Shown here: positions 27,661-42,700 of the stretch, piece after piece
Position numbering within the stretch: position 1 is the first letter of the stretch
Layout: each line of letters begins with the position of its first letter
Assembly (NCBI GenBank): GCA_035545515.1
Contig: DASZYH010000234.1
Coordinates: 3,020-67,019, forward strand
Direction of reading: 5' to 3'
Origin: Opitutaceae bacterium
GTDB lineage: Bacteria > Verrucomicrobiota > Verrucomicrobiia > Opitutales > Opitutaceae
DNA length: 64,000 bases
Position numbers and translations under genes: made by a program
The notes under the pieces: generated by a model
Seen by the model: only the letters and a program-made list of their open reading frames with translations
What the model was told of the DNA's origin: nothing
Database searches by the model: none

Positions 27661-29748
27661 ATGAAAGTCCTGCTTCGCGTTGTTTGCGTCGCCGCCCTTC
27701 CGGCCGCTGTCTTTGCCGCCCCGCTTCCTACCCTCGAGTCCGTCCAGGCCACTGCCGCAAAATATCATGCGGAGATCCGCGTCCCGGCCTTCGAGACCAC
27801 CCCGGACCAGATTGCTGCCTCGCAAAAGGCGGCGATCGCCATGGGCGATGCCGCGCTCGATCGGATCGCGCGGCAGGATCCGGCGAAGGCGACGTTCGCG
27901 AGTACCTTCGTCGCGCTCGATAATGCCACCGCCGACGTCGCTCTCGTCACCTCGCGGATCGATTTCGTGAACAACACGAACCCCAGCCCGGCCATGCGCG
28001 CCGCGGCGGCCACGGCCGAAAAGGCGCTCAACCAGTGGGCGGTCGGCGTCCAGTACCGCGAAGATGTCTATCGCGCCATCAAGGCGTTCGCAGCGACGAA
28101 TCCGTCGCTCACGGGCGAGGACAAGCGGCTGTTCGATTATACCCTGCGCGACTACCGCCGCGCGGGCCTCGACCTGCCTCCGGCGAAGCGCGCCGAGGTC
28201 GAGGCATTGCGCAAGGAGCTCACGGCCGGCGAGACCGACTTCCTGAGCAACATCAACAACACGAAGGTCCCGATGACCTTCACGAAGGCGGAACTCGCCG
28301 GCGTGTCGGACGATTTCCTTTCGTCGGTCAAATCCGGCGACGATGCCTACACGATCCTGGTCAACGTCACGCCGCAGCGGATGAAGGTGGAGGAAAACTG
28401 CTCGGTCGCGGACACCCGCAAGAAGGTCACGATCGCGGAATACAATCTCGCCAAGGCGGTCAACCTGCCGCTCCTGAACCGGCTGGTCACCCTCCGCAAC
28501 CAGATCGCGCTGAAGCTCGGCTATGCGTCCTGGGACGATTACCAGACCGAGGTCAAGATGGCGAAGAACGGCGCCACGGCGACGAAGTTCATCGAAGACC
28601 TGGTGCGCGGCATCCAGCCGAAGTTCGACGCCGAGATGGCGGAGCTGCAGAAGTTGAAGGCGGCCGAGACCCACGATCCGAACGCGAAGATCGAGCTGTG
28701 GGACTGGCGGTATTACCAGAACCAGCTGATCAAGCAGCGGTACACGATCGATACCGATGCGCTGCGTGTGTACTTCCCGTACCAGCGGACGCTCGAGGGG
28801 ATGTTCGCGATCTACCAGTCGCTGTTCGGGCTGAAGTTCCAGCAGATCCAGGCGCCGTACACGTGGGCCGACGGTGTGACCCTGTGGGAGGTCAGTGATG
28901 CGAAGAGCGGCGAGCCGATGGGGCTGTTCTACCTCGACATGTTCCCGCGCGACGGAAAGTTCAACCACTTCGCCGAGTTCGGGGTCCAGCCCGGCTGGAT
29001 CCAGCCGAACGGCGTGTTCCTGCGGCCCACCGTTGCGTTGCTCTGCAATTTCACGCCGGCGACCAAGGACAAGCCGTCGCTGCTCGACCACGAGGAGGTC
29101 CAGACCATGTTCCACGAATTCGGCCACTGCATGCACGCGATCCTCACCCAGGCGCACTATGCGCGGTTCTCGGGCACGAATGTCCCGGGCGACTTCGTGG
29201 AGGCGCCGTCGCAGATGCTTGAGAACTGGACCTTCGACAAGTCGGTGCTCGACACCTTCGCGGCGGATTACCGCGACCCGAGCAAGAAGGTGCCGGCGGC
29301 AATCCTCGACCGGATGAAGCAGGTGCGGCTGGCGACCATCGGCGTGTTCTATCGCCGTCAGTTCGCCATCGGGCTGATGGATCTCGCGCTGCATGGTCCG
29401 CACGCCCCGGGCGAGGTCATCGACGCGCAGGCAATCGCGAATCCCATCATCAGCCGCGTCTTCCTGCCGGTGCCGGCGGATTCCGCCTGGCCGGCCTACA
29501 TTGGGCACATGGCCGAGGGGTATGACGCGGGATATTACGGCTATGCCTGGGCCGATTCGATCGCGGCGGACATGGCGAGTGTCTTCGAGAAATCGCCGCA
29601 CGGCTACCTTGACCGCGACACCGGTATGCGCCTCCGGCGTGAGATCTACTCGCGGGGCGACAGCCGCCCGGTCAGCGTCTCGATCGAGAAATTTCTCGGC
29701 CGCAAGGAATCGGACGCCGCCTTCCTGAAGAAACTGGGAATCGAGTGA
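27661..29748 (+). CDS. Secreted M3 oligopeptidase (thimet oligopeptidase/OpdA-like)
   Basis: Signal peptide; FYLDMFPRDGK; FHEFGH; DFVEAPSQMLENW; YDAGYYGY. Confidence 0.93.
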   Translation: MKVLLRVVCVAALPAAVFAAPLPTLESVQATAAKYHAEIRVPAFETTPDQIAASQKAAIAMGDAALDRIARQDPAKATFASTFVALDNATADVALVTSRIDFVNNTNPSPAMRAAAATAEKALNQWAVGVQYREDVYRAIKAFAATNPSLTGEDKRLFDYTLRDYRRAGLDLPPAKRAEVEALRKELTAGETDFLSNINNTKVPMTFTKAELAGVSDDFLSSVKSGDDAYTILVNVTPQRMKVEENCSVADTRKKVTIAEYNLAKAVNLPLLNRLVTLRNQIALKLGYASWDDYQTEVKMAKNGATATKFIEDLVRGIQPKFDAEMAELQKLKAAETHDPNAKIELWDWRYYQNQLIKQRYTIDTDALRVYFPYQRTLEGMFAIYQSLFGLKFQQIQAPYTWADGVTLWEVSDAKSGEPMGLFYLDMFPRDGKFNHFAEFGVQPGWIQPNGVFLRPTVALLCNFTPATKDKPSLLDHEEVQTMFHEFGHCMHAILTQAHYARFSGTNVPGDFVEAPSQMLENWTFDKSVLDTFAADYRDPSKKVPAAILDRMKQVRLATIGVFYRRQFAIGLMDLALHGPHAPGEVIDAQAIANPIISRVFLPVPADSAWPAYIGHMAEGYDAGYYGYAWADSIAADMASVFEKSPHGYLDRDTGMRLRREIYSRGDSRPVSVSIEKFLGRKESDAAFLKKLGIE

Positions 29749-29749
29749 T

Positions 29750-30051
29750 TGCGGAATGCGGATCGCGGAATGAACCGCCATCCGCATCTGCATGCGGATT
29801 TCGGATCGCGGATTGCGGAATGAGGACCGCAGTCCGCGTACAATCACGTGGGCGCGGTGCCCTTACCGCGCACAGCTGATGTGGGTAGGGAGGCGAGTCC
29901 CTTCGCCGCCTGCTTGGAGACGAGGCGCCCTCGCCGCGTTTCCCGATCAGGCGCGGAAGGGACTCCGCGCCCTACCGGTTCGGTGCCCGACACTCCAAAC
30001 CGATTGTCGAGTCACCCCAATCCGCACTCCGCAATCCGAATTCCGCAATCC
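29750..30051. repeat. Composite intergenic element: heptamer arms plus GTGG REP plus GTAG REP doublet
   Basis: TGCGGAW arrays left, MTCCGCA right; GTAGGGAGGCGAG... at 29885 and ...CGCGCCCTAC ending 29975; homologous to 38395-38748. Confidence 0.8.
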
Positions 30052-30768
30052 CTACGCTTCCCAATACACGATCCGGCCGCACTGGTCGCAGGTGGGGAGG
30101 GCGGCGGTGGGATCCGCGGCTTTCCCGCGGGCGGCCGATTCGACTTCGCTGGAAACCTTCAGATGGCAGCCGCCGCACTTGCCCGCGTGGATGGGAACGA
30201 CCGCCGGCATGTTCCGGGCGGCGATGCGGTCATAGACGCGCCTCTGGGGCTCGCCCAAGGGTGCCCGCGCAGCCGCCAGGTCGGCATCGGCCGTCTTCAG
30301 CTCGGCGGTGAGATTCTGTTCCCGTTCCCGCAGCGTCCGGATCCGGGACTCGTGGCCCGAAATGTTCGCCTTCAGTTGGGCTTCCGCGGCCGCGAACCGC
30401 TTTTTGGCCTCGTCGATCGCATACATGATCTCGAGTTCCTTGCCCTCGAGCCCGCCGATCTCCGCCTGCAGGTTATCGATCTGGTGACCAAGGGCCTGGT
30501 ATTCGTCGTTTTTCCGGATCGAGAGTTGCTGGGTCTTGTACTGGCCGAGCTTTTGCTCCGCCGAGCCGATCTCCGTTTCGATCGACTTCTTCTTCACCTC
30601 CAGGTCCTTCATCTCGACGCGGGCATTTTCGATGGCGGCTTTCTCCGCGGCGATCCGGTTCTCGACCGTGGCGATCTCCCCCGGAACCGCCTTGAGCTGC
30701 GCGTCGAGGTCACGGCGGTGACGATCACGGTCCTGCAGCACGAGAAGCGATTCGATGATCGGTGACAT
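30052..30768 (-). CDS. Coiled-coil protein with C4 zinc ribbon (CT398/DUF164-like)
   Basis: LLVLQDRD N-terminus, long coiled coil, CGGCH...CDQCGRIVY. Confidence 0.85.
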   Translation of the reverse strand: MSPIIESLLVLQDRDRHRRDLDAQLKAVPGEIATVENRIAAEKAAIENARVEMKDLEVKKKSIETEIGSAEQKLGQYKTQQLSIRKNDEYQALGHQIDNLQAEIGGLEGKELEIMYAIDEAKKRFAAAEAQLKANISGHESRIRTLREREQNLTAELKTADADLAAARAPLGEPQRRVYDRIAARNMPAVVPIHAGKCGGCHLKVSSEVESAARGKAADPTAALPTCDQCGRIVYWEA

Positions 30769-30819
30769 AGGCGGGTGAATTGAACCGACCGCCACGGTGA
30801 ACGCCAGCCGGAAGCCGCG

Positions 30820-32760
30820 TCAACGTCCGTCCGCCTCGCGACGGGCCTGCGCGAGATATGCCGCGACGACCGGGTTTCCCGGTTTCAAGGCGTCTGCGCG
30901 CTCGTATTCGGTGATCGCCTCGCGCGGGCGGCCAAGCGTGAGCAGCGCGCCGGCGAGGTTGACGTGCGACGCGAAATCGTCGGGCGCCAGCCGCACCGCC
31001 ACCCGGTACAGCTTCACCGCCTCTTCGAACCGCCGGAGGTCCAGGCAGGCCATCCCCCAACCTTGGTACAGGGGCGCGGAGTCGGACAGCGTCCGGGCCG
31101 CAAACGCGTAATGCGCCAGCGCGTCCGCCGGCCGCCCCGCGCGGCGATAGACCTCGGCGAGGTTGAAGTGATCGTACGCGGAGTCGGGCTCGTGGCGGAC
31201 GACGAACTCCGCTTCGGTCACCGCCTCGTCATACCGGCCGAGCCGCGCCAGCGCCGCGACGAGATTGATGTGAGGCTGGATCAGATCGGGTTCGAGCCGG
31301 GCCGATTCCCGGTACTCCCTCACCGCCTCGTCGTAGCGGTCGGCGGCGGCGTAGCTGAACGCGAGGCTGAAATGGGCGACGGCGTCCTTCGGCACCAGGC
31401 GCACGGCCGTGAGGCCTTGCGCGATCGCTGCGTCGAGATGACCGGAGTTCTCGGCGAGCTGCGCGAGAAGGTAGTGGGCCCGCGGATTGCCGGGCTGTTT
31501 CGTCACCGTGTCGGTCCAGATTGATTCGGCGGAGCGATAGGTTTCGTTGCGCGCCAGAGTCGTGATGCCGAGCGCGATGGCCGCCGTCAGTCCGAGGGCG
31601 AGACCGGTGCGGCGGAGGCGCGCCAGTGCGACGGTGCCTCCGACGATCACAGCCGCGAGCGGCAGGTACATGCGGTGTTCGGCCATCGTCTGCGTGACCA
31701 GTGGGACGAAGCTGGAACTCGGAGCGAGGATCGCGAAAAACCAGGCCCCGAGAAACCCGATGGCCGGGCGGCGGACGATCGCCCATCCGGTTCCCGCCAC
31801 CAGCGCCGCGATCGCCGCCATCTGCGGCCAGACCTGCGCCGCGGCATGGACGACGGGCGTCCCGTAATCGAGCACGAGGGGGTGGGGCCACACCGCCAAC
31901 TTCAAGTACATGACGATCGCCTGGCATTGGGTCAGGGCATAGTCCCAGGCCGTGATCCCGTGGCCAAAGCCGACCGCGCCGCCCCGGATCCCGCTCTGCC
32001 GGACCAGAAATGCGACGAGTCCCCATGTGGCGACCGCGAGCCCGGCGTGCAGTCGCCACCGTTCCCGCCACGCCTGCCGGAACCCGCCGGCGACAAATGT
32101 CCGGTCGTAGAGGAACAGGAGCACGGGGGCGGTCGCAACGAGTTCCTTGGTGGCCGCACCCATGACGCAGGCGACCCAGCAGCCGATCATCCAGGCGGGG
32201 CGGGCGCGCGCGGTTGCCATGACGGCCCGGGCAAAGGCGTAAAACGTAAGCAGGTAGAAGAGCCCCGCGAGGGATTCGGTGCGCTGGATCACGCAGGTCA
32301 CCGATTCGGTTTGGAGCGGGTGCACGATCCACAGCAGGGCGGCAGCAAACGCCACGCCCGCTGCGCTCGGGTGCCGCTCGCTGGCCGCGCCCCCGCCGGG
32401 CGGCGTCGCGTCGCTCCCCGCCAGCAGCAGCGTCCGTCGGATCAGTCCGAAGAGAACCAGTCCGGCCGCCGCGTGGACCAGCAGGTTGAACAGATGGTAT
32501 CCCCAAACCGCCTCGCCGCCGAGCAGCCGGTTGAGCTCGAGCGACAGCGCCACCAGCGGTCGCCCACCCGCGCCTGTGCTGCGCAAGGCCGGTGGAGCGA
32601 GCAAATCGCCCGGTCGGCTGAGGTCACGCCAACCCGGTGTATTCCGGAGGACCGGGATGTCGTCGAATATGAACGGCGCCGAAAAGGTCCGGGCGTACAC
32701 GGCGAATGCCGCCAGAATCAGGATTCCGGCCAACACGATCGGTCGCCGCCGGGAAGGCAT
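30820..32760 (-). CDS. TMTC-like GT-C membrane protein with C-terminal TPR repeats
   Basis: FIFDD loop, RPLVALS, HPLQTESV, ATKE, EHRMYLP, then TPRs. Confidence 0.8.
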   Translation of the reverse strand: MPSRRRPIVLAGILILAAFAVYARTFSAPFIFDDIPVLRNTPGWRDLSRPGDLLAPPALRSTGAGGRPLVALSLELNRLLGGEAVWGYHLFNLLVHAAAGLVLFGLIRRTLLLAGSDATPPGGGAASERHPSAAGVAFAAALLWIVHPLQTESVTCVIQRTESLAGLFYLLTFYAFARAVMATARARPAWMIGCWVACVMGAATKELVATAPVLLFLYDRTFVAGGFRQAWRERWRLHAGLAVATWGLVAFLVRQSGIRGGAVGFGHGITAWDYALTQCQAIVMYLKLAVWPHPLVLDYGTPVVHAAAQVWPQMAAIAALVAGTGWAIVRRPAIGFLGAWFFAILAPSSSFVPLVTQTMAEHRMYLPLAAVIVGGTVALARLRRTGLALGLTAAIALGITTLARNETYRSAESIWTDTVTKQPGNPRAHYLLAQLAENSGHLDAAIAQGLTAVRLVPKDAVAHFSLAFSYAAADRYDEAVREYRESARLEPDLIQPHINLVAALARLGRYDEAVTEAEFVVRHEPDSAYDHFNLAEVYRRAGRPADALAHYAFAARTLSDSAPLYQGWGMACLDLRRFEEAVKLYRVAVRLAPDDFASHVNLAGALLTLGRPREAITEYERADALKPGNPVVAAYLAQARREADGR

Positions 32761-33038
32761 CGACCGGGTGGACTGGGGCGCTGGCTGAACCACGCCCAGC
32801 AGCAAGCATCTCCGGGCACGGCGTGGCAAGGGGCGGCAATTTCGGCCCGTCCGCCCGCCGCGCCAGGCGCCTTCCGCCGCGAAACCCGAGCCAAACCGGC
32901 GCCCCGTTCAACCGCCGTTTTAGCCCATTTCGACCGCTCCGCAGACCGAATTTCGGGTTTCGAAATCCCGCTTCCCCGCTATCCCCACCGGGGGCGGATA
33001 AAGGTTCCGTTTTAAATCAAATCTAGGCCCGGTTTTAG

Positions 33039-35669
<2,631 letters not shown>

Positions 35670-35682
35670 TGACATGCCCGGG

Positions 35683-35806
35683 TGGTTGGTATTTTGTCTT
35701 TGGTGATTTGGCCGGCAGCCGTCGTTCGATTCCGGCCGTCGCTGCCCCTGAAATCATCCGCTGAAGGTCCGCCTCACCAACTACCAACGACCAACTACCA
35801 ATTACC
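35683..35806. repeat. Heptamer module (degenerate TGGT.. left / ACCAACT right) between gyrB and gyrA
   Basis: ACCAACT ACCAACG ACCAACT ACCAATT at 35776-35803; TGGT-rich left arm from 35683. Confidence 0.65.
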
Positions 35807-35876
35807 CGCGAGCGTCGCGCGATCCACTGACCACTCCGCACTCCCGCCCACCTTTCATTCCAAGCCGAGCCGCTAA

Positions 35877-38381
<2,505 letters not shown>

Positions 38382-38394
38382 GCGAAGGGCGCAA

Positions 38395-38748
38395 TTCGGA
38401 GCGCGGATTGCGGAATGAAAACCGCAGTCCGCCTCTGATTGTGGATTTCGGATCGCGGATTGCGGAATGGGTACCGCAGTCCGCGTATGATTATGTGGGC
38501 GCGGTGCCCTCACCGCGCTCTGCCGGATCTGTCTCTCGCCTCTCCGCCGAATCCAGTGGTAGGGCGGCGAGCATGCCCGCCGTAGCGCTTGGGCGAAGGA
38601 GGGTCCCTTCGCCGCCTTTCCTGCCTCGGCACGGATATCCCCCGGCAGGACGCGGCATTCCCCATCCGGCGCGGAAGGGACTCCGCGCCCTACCGGCTAC
38701 GCTGGCCTTCGGAACTCCGCACTCCGCAATCCGCGCTTCGCAATCGAA
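38395..38748. repeat. Second copy of the composite heptamer/REP element
   Basis: 38440-38518 matches 29793-29871 at 71/79 nt; 38668-38696 is identical to 29950-29978. Confidence 0.8.
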
Positions 38749-39018
38749 TCACCGTTTCGTCGCCGCGGCCGCCGGCTGGTTCTGCACGGTCTCCGCGTTC
38801 ACCGGTCGCGGAATCGGTTCACGCAGGGCGCGCGCCGGATCGGCGCCGATGAACCACGCGACGACAATCAGCGCCAGCCCGAGGTAAACCTGGATCCAGG
38901 CGAGATCGACGTTGTGCCGGGGTTTGGGCCGAGGCCAGTCGCTGATCAGCTTGCGCGCGTTGAAAACGACCAGCGTGATCCCACCGAGCAATAGGAGCGC
39001 CGCGGCGATCAGAACCAT
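38749..39018 (-). CDS. Small two-TM hypothetical protein
   Basis: Two hydrophobic helices; fits between element and next gene. Confidence 0.65.
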   Translation of the reverse strand: MVLIAAALLLLGGITLVVFNARKLISDWPRPKPRHNVDLAWIQVYLGLALIVVAWFIGADPARALREPIPRPVNAETVQNQPAAAATKR

Positions 39019-39024
39019 GGCCGC

Positions 39025-39228
39025 CTAAGCACCGCCGCCGAGCAGCCGGGCAGGCAGGAACAGCAGCGCCTTCACGAATGCCAGGAGCGCGGTCATGACC
39101 GTGCCCACGATTCGGAAGGGAATCGAAAGCAGCCAAAGGAACGGCCAGGCGATCAGGATCAGGAGCGCCAGCGGCCAGCAGAGGACGAGGAGAATCGACC
39201 ACAACAAGAGCGTGAGCAGCAGTTTCAT
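39025..39228 (-). CDS. Small hydrophobic hypothetical protein
   Basis: 67 aa, almost entirely hydrophobic with W/P repeats. Confidence 0.65.
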   Translation of the reverse strand: MKLLLTLLLWSILLVLCWPLALLILIAWPFLWLLSIPFRIVGTVMTALLAFVKALLFLPARLLGGGA

Positions 39229-39574
39229 TTGGACGTCCTTTCGCCCGATAACCAACACCACCGCGGTCCTTTCAACAAGCGAGGAGTGGCGGATTCTCGA
39301 TTTTGGATTTGCGCTCCGATTGGCGGCTGCAAGCGGTCTGCCGACTTGGGCGGCTGCGATCTCTCCGCCGAAGCTTCAGCGCAAGCGGAGTACCAGCGAG
39401 CCGGCCGCGCCACGCCCACTTCCTCATGTGGCCTGAGAGAGCAGTTCGAGTTGTAGGCCGCGAGCTCGCTCGCGCCCAAAACCCTCTGAACACGCGTGGG
39501 TGTACGGCCCGCTCTCACTCGCGCAGCCTCCTTGCTTGCCTCCGCCCCGGCCGCAGCCCACGTTGGTCCCCTTA

Positions 39575-40040
39575 GCTTTGGGGCCAAGTCGTCGCTCCGA
39601 GTTCTTTGATCCCAAGGTGCGGCCAACTGCCGCACCCGATAGAGTTCGGAGAGGAAAGTCCGGACACCATAGGGCACGATGCCGCGCGAGCTTCACCGCA
39701 AGCGCGGGCGGCGCGCGTCAAGGCGCGTCGACGGACAGTGTCACAGAAAACAAACCGCCTGCCACCGCTCGGCTTTGCCGGGTGATGGCGGGTAAGGGTG
39801 AAAAGGTGGGGTAAGAGCCCACCGCGCCGACGGTGACGTCGGCGGCACGAAAAACCCCTTCCGGTGCAAGGCAAAATAGGTGGCTGGGCGGCCCGTCCAA
39901 CAGCCACGGGTATGTCGCATCCTCCTCCGCCCCTTCGGGGGCTTCGGAGGACGGGTTTCTCGCGAGAGGGACCCGAGAGAAATGACGGCTGAATCCCGCG
40001 TAAGCGGGAGGAACAGAATCCGGCTTACCGGCCCCAAAGC
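39575..40040 (+). ncRNA. rnpB: RNase P RNA (bacterial type A)
   Basis: GAGGAAAGTCCGG, ACAGAAA, AACAGAATCCGGCTTA; P1 GCTTTGGGGCC pairs with GGCCCCAAAGC. Confidence 0.95.
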
Positions 40041-40117
40041 TAATTTCTTTACCGGTTCTGGATCCCGCTAATCGGCGGAACCGTAATATCGCCCATCGCG
40101 CGATCGATCGGATCGAT

Positions 40118-40196
40118 GTAGGGCGGGGTCGCCTGACCCCGCCGATCCTTGTCCGATCGAAACCCATGGGAGGCGGGGTCAGCGACCCCGCCCTAC
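40118..40196. repeat. GTAG-family REP doublet (REPIN-like)
   Basis: GTAGGGCGGGGTCGCCTGACCCCGCC ... GGCGGGGTCAGCGACCCCGCCCTAC. Confidence 0.85.
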
Positions 40197-40205
40197 ATGA
40201 TCACC

Positions 40206-41627
40206 TCACCAGCCGCTGAACACGCTCGCGTAGGTGTCGCGCTGCGTCGACGTCGTCAGCTCCTGCCATTTCGAGACGCGGTACGGGTTGTTGCCGCCGA
40301 AATTCGCGAGCGACTCGTCGTAGTGAAACGCCGCATTGCCCACGACGGTGATGTCGTTGCCGACCATCGAACCCATCACGTCGCCGTTGCCATTGATCTT
40401 GATGGAACCCTGCGGCGCGTACACGACCGCGCTCAGCACGCCGTTGCCGGCGATCTGGATCGACTGGCTGCCGGAGGTCTTCGTGCCGTAAAACTGACAG
40501 TTGACCGGCTGGTTCGCCGTGGTCGTGGTCGTGCCACCATTCATGATCCCGTTGCCGGCAATCTTGATGTCGCCCGACGCGTACACCTTGAGCGACGCGC
40601 CACTGTTGATCGAGAGCTGGCCGCTGCCGCCGCCGATGTCGATTGCGGTTCCGGTGTTCGTCAGCAGCAGCACCACGTTCGCGGCAATGGTGAGGGTCTT
40701 GTTGTTGAAGTTGATCGAATCCGCCGTGATGTAGTAATTGCCGTCCGCGGCCTGCGGATCGATTCCCGGCCGGGGCAGTGTGGTCGTCGTGCTGATCGTG
40801 CCGCCGTAGTTGTTGTACGTGGCCGTCGGCGCGGTCACCGCGTCGAAGCTCGTCGTGAAATCGGTCGAAACGTGGCTCATGTCCATCGTGCCGCTCGCCG
40901 TGCCGAAGGGGCCGACGGTGCCGTTCGGTCCGACCGACGGCAGCGAACCGCCGGTCGAGGCATAGCCCCAGATGTCGGCATTGCTGACGGTGATCGCGTT
41001 CACCGCGACGGAAATGCTGCCCACCGACCCGTTGTCGTGCTTCACGCCGCTGCTGTAGGCGATCGCCGCCGTAGCCGGGTTGTTGTCCGGATCCGAGTTC
41101 CAGCTGTCGACCGAGGCGTTGTTGCCGCTGAAGCTGATGCTGTTCTTCGCGACCAGCCCGTTCGAGAATTTCGAAGTCTTGCGGAGCTGGACGAAAATCC
41201 ATTTTTCCTGGGTCCCGCCACCCTGGCCCGGGATCGTGACGACGGAGCGGCTCACGATCGAGGGGGCGGCACCGTTGTAATTGTAGACGTACGCCTGCAC
41301 CTGGCCGGTCACGCCCTGACCGAGCGAAAAGCCGGTCCATTTTTCATAGGCGTCCGTCGTGTTGGCGGCGATCGTCCAGCCGTGGCCGGTCCAGCTGTAC
41401 GTGGAATCGGCCACCATCTTGTTGATCGTGTAGACGGACTGCTCGAGGCCGTTTTCTGCAAGATTCATCGCGGCGCCGGTGAACAGCGCGCGGTTCGACA
41501 CGCGCATCGCGGTGGTGCCGAGCTTCAGGTACGTGACCAGCGCGAGTTCGATGATCGCACAGAGCAGCATGGCGACAATCAGGAGCGAGCCGCGTTCGGA
41601 TCTGGCCGGGAAACGATTGGTTTTCAT
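40206..41627 (-). CDS. PilX/GspK-like minor pilin with large C-terminal domain
   Basis: RG|SLLIVAMLL (prepilin-like without Glu5); Gly/Asn-rich repetitive beta C-terminus. Confidence 0.75.
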   Translation of the reverse strand: MKTNRFPARSERGSLLIVAMLLCAIIELALVTYLKLGTTAMRVSNRALFTGAAMNLAENGLEQSVYTINKMVADSTYSWTGHGWTIAANTTDAYEKWTGFSLGQGVTGQVQAYVYNYNGAAPSIVSRSVVTIPGQGGGTQEKWIFVQLRKTSKFSNGLVAKNSISFSGNNASVDSWNSDPDNNPATAAIAYSSGVKHDNGSVGSISVAVNAITVSNADIWGYASTGGSLPSVGPNGTVGPFGTASGTMDMSHVSTDFTTSFDAVTAPTATYNNYGGTISTTTTLPRPGIDPQAADGNYYITADSINFNNKTLTIAANVVLLLTNTGTAIDIGGGSGQLSINSGASLKVYASGDIKIAGNGIMNGGTTTTTANQPVNCQFYGTKTSGSQSIQIAGNGVLSAVVYAPQGSIKINGNGDVMGSMVGNDITVVGNAAFHYDESLANFGGNNPYRVSKWQELTTSTQRDTYASVFSGW

Positions 41628-41640
41628 GGGTGGGGTGGCC

Positions 41641-42198
41641 TCAAGCCGTGACGATCTTGTTGCGCAGGATGAAGCGGGCCGAGAGCACGACGTTCGTCGC
41701 CTGGGCGACCGTGTTGTTGGTGCGACTCGCCTCGAGTGAAATTTGGAGCTGCTTCGTGCTGGTCCCGGCAGCCGTCAAGTCGGCGGTCGTCGCGAGCGGG
41801 AGCTGGGTGCCGGCAACATTGTAGGCGGTGAACGAGAACGTGCCGGAAACAATGCCGGTGATCAGCGTCGTGGTCGTGCCCGACGCCGCGCGCGTGAAGG
41901 TGCCGGCGGAACTGTTGTACGCGTAGGTGATGGCCGTGGAATTGACCGTCAGCGTCACGGAGGTGCTGCTTGACCAGGAAATGGCGCTCGCCTGGCGGAC
42001 GTCTTCCGCGAATGTCTCGAGCGACCGGCGGCCCTGCGCCTCCATGTCGCTGTAGTTTTGGAGATTCACACCGCTGCGGGCGAGAAAGAGGAACGTCGTC
42101 AGGATGGCGACGAGCACGAACGCGGCGAGCGCCGCCGCGATCATCACTTCGACCAGCGTGAAGCCCGACCGCGGGCGCGGGGTGGCGGTCCTATTCAT
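41641..42198 (-). CDS. PilW-like prepilin
   Basis: G|FTLVEVMIAA N-terminal methylation motif. Confidence 0.85.
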   Translation of the reverse strand: MNRTATPRPRSGFTLVEVMIAAALAAFVLVAILTTFLFLARSGVNLQNYSDMEAQGRRSLETFAEDVRQASAISWSSSTSVTLTVNSTAITYAYNSSAGTFTRAASGTTTTLITGIVSGTFSFTAYNVAGTQLPLATTADLTAAGTSTKQLQISLEASRTNNTVAQATNVVLSARFILRNKIVTA

Positions 42199-42700
42199 GG
42201 GCAACGGTGTAGTAATAGTCATAGAGTCCGTTCTTGGCGTATTGCGCCGTGTATTCGCGGGTGTGGCTCCGTCCGTCGTAGGTGTTCCAGGTCACCGCGA
42301 CCGTGATGTCGACCATCTCCGTGGGATACGTCGAATTGGCGGTCACCGTCCGCGTGATCGTGTACTTGCTGGCGACCGTCGGGTTGCTGGGGAAGTACGT
42401 CGAGCCGTCGATCGTCTGGGTGGCGGGCAGGGCGGAAATGCCGGTCCAGCTCATCATCCGGAGATTTTCCATTTCACTCTGGATGATCTGCGCGGCGATG
42501 GTCGTGCCGCGGGCAAGGTCGATCTGGCGATAGCCGGCCTGCATCACGATGATCGCGGTGGCGATGCCGAAAGCCATGACGAAGGTCGCCATCGCGACCT
42601 CCATGATCGTGAATCCTCCCTCGCGGACGCGGCGCCGCGCGACGGCAGGGTTCACTAGCGGCTCGTGGGCCGGGGATGGGGAATGACGCCGGATGAACAT
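42191..42700 (-). CDS. PilV-like prepilin
   Basis: G|FTIMEVAMA motif; 8-nt overlap with next gene. Confidence 0.8.
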   Translation of the reverse strand: MFIRRHSPSPAHEPLVNPAVARRRVREGGFTIMEVAMATFVMAFGIATAIIVMQAGYRQIDLARGTTIAAQIIQSEMENLRMMSWTGISALPATQTIDGSTYFPSNPTVASKYTITRTVTANSTYPTEMVDITVAVTWNTYDGRSHTREYTAQYAKNGLYDYYYTVAHE

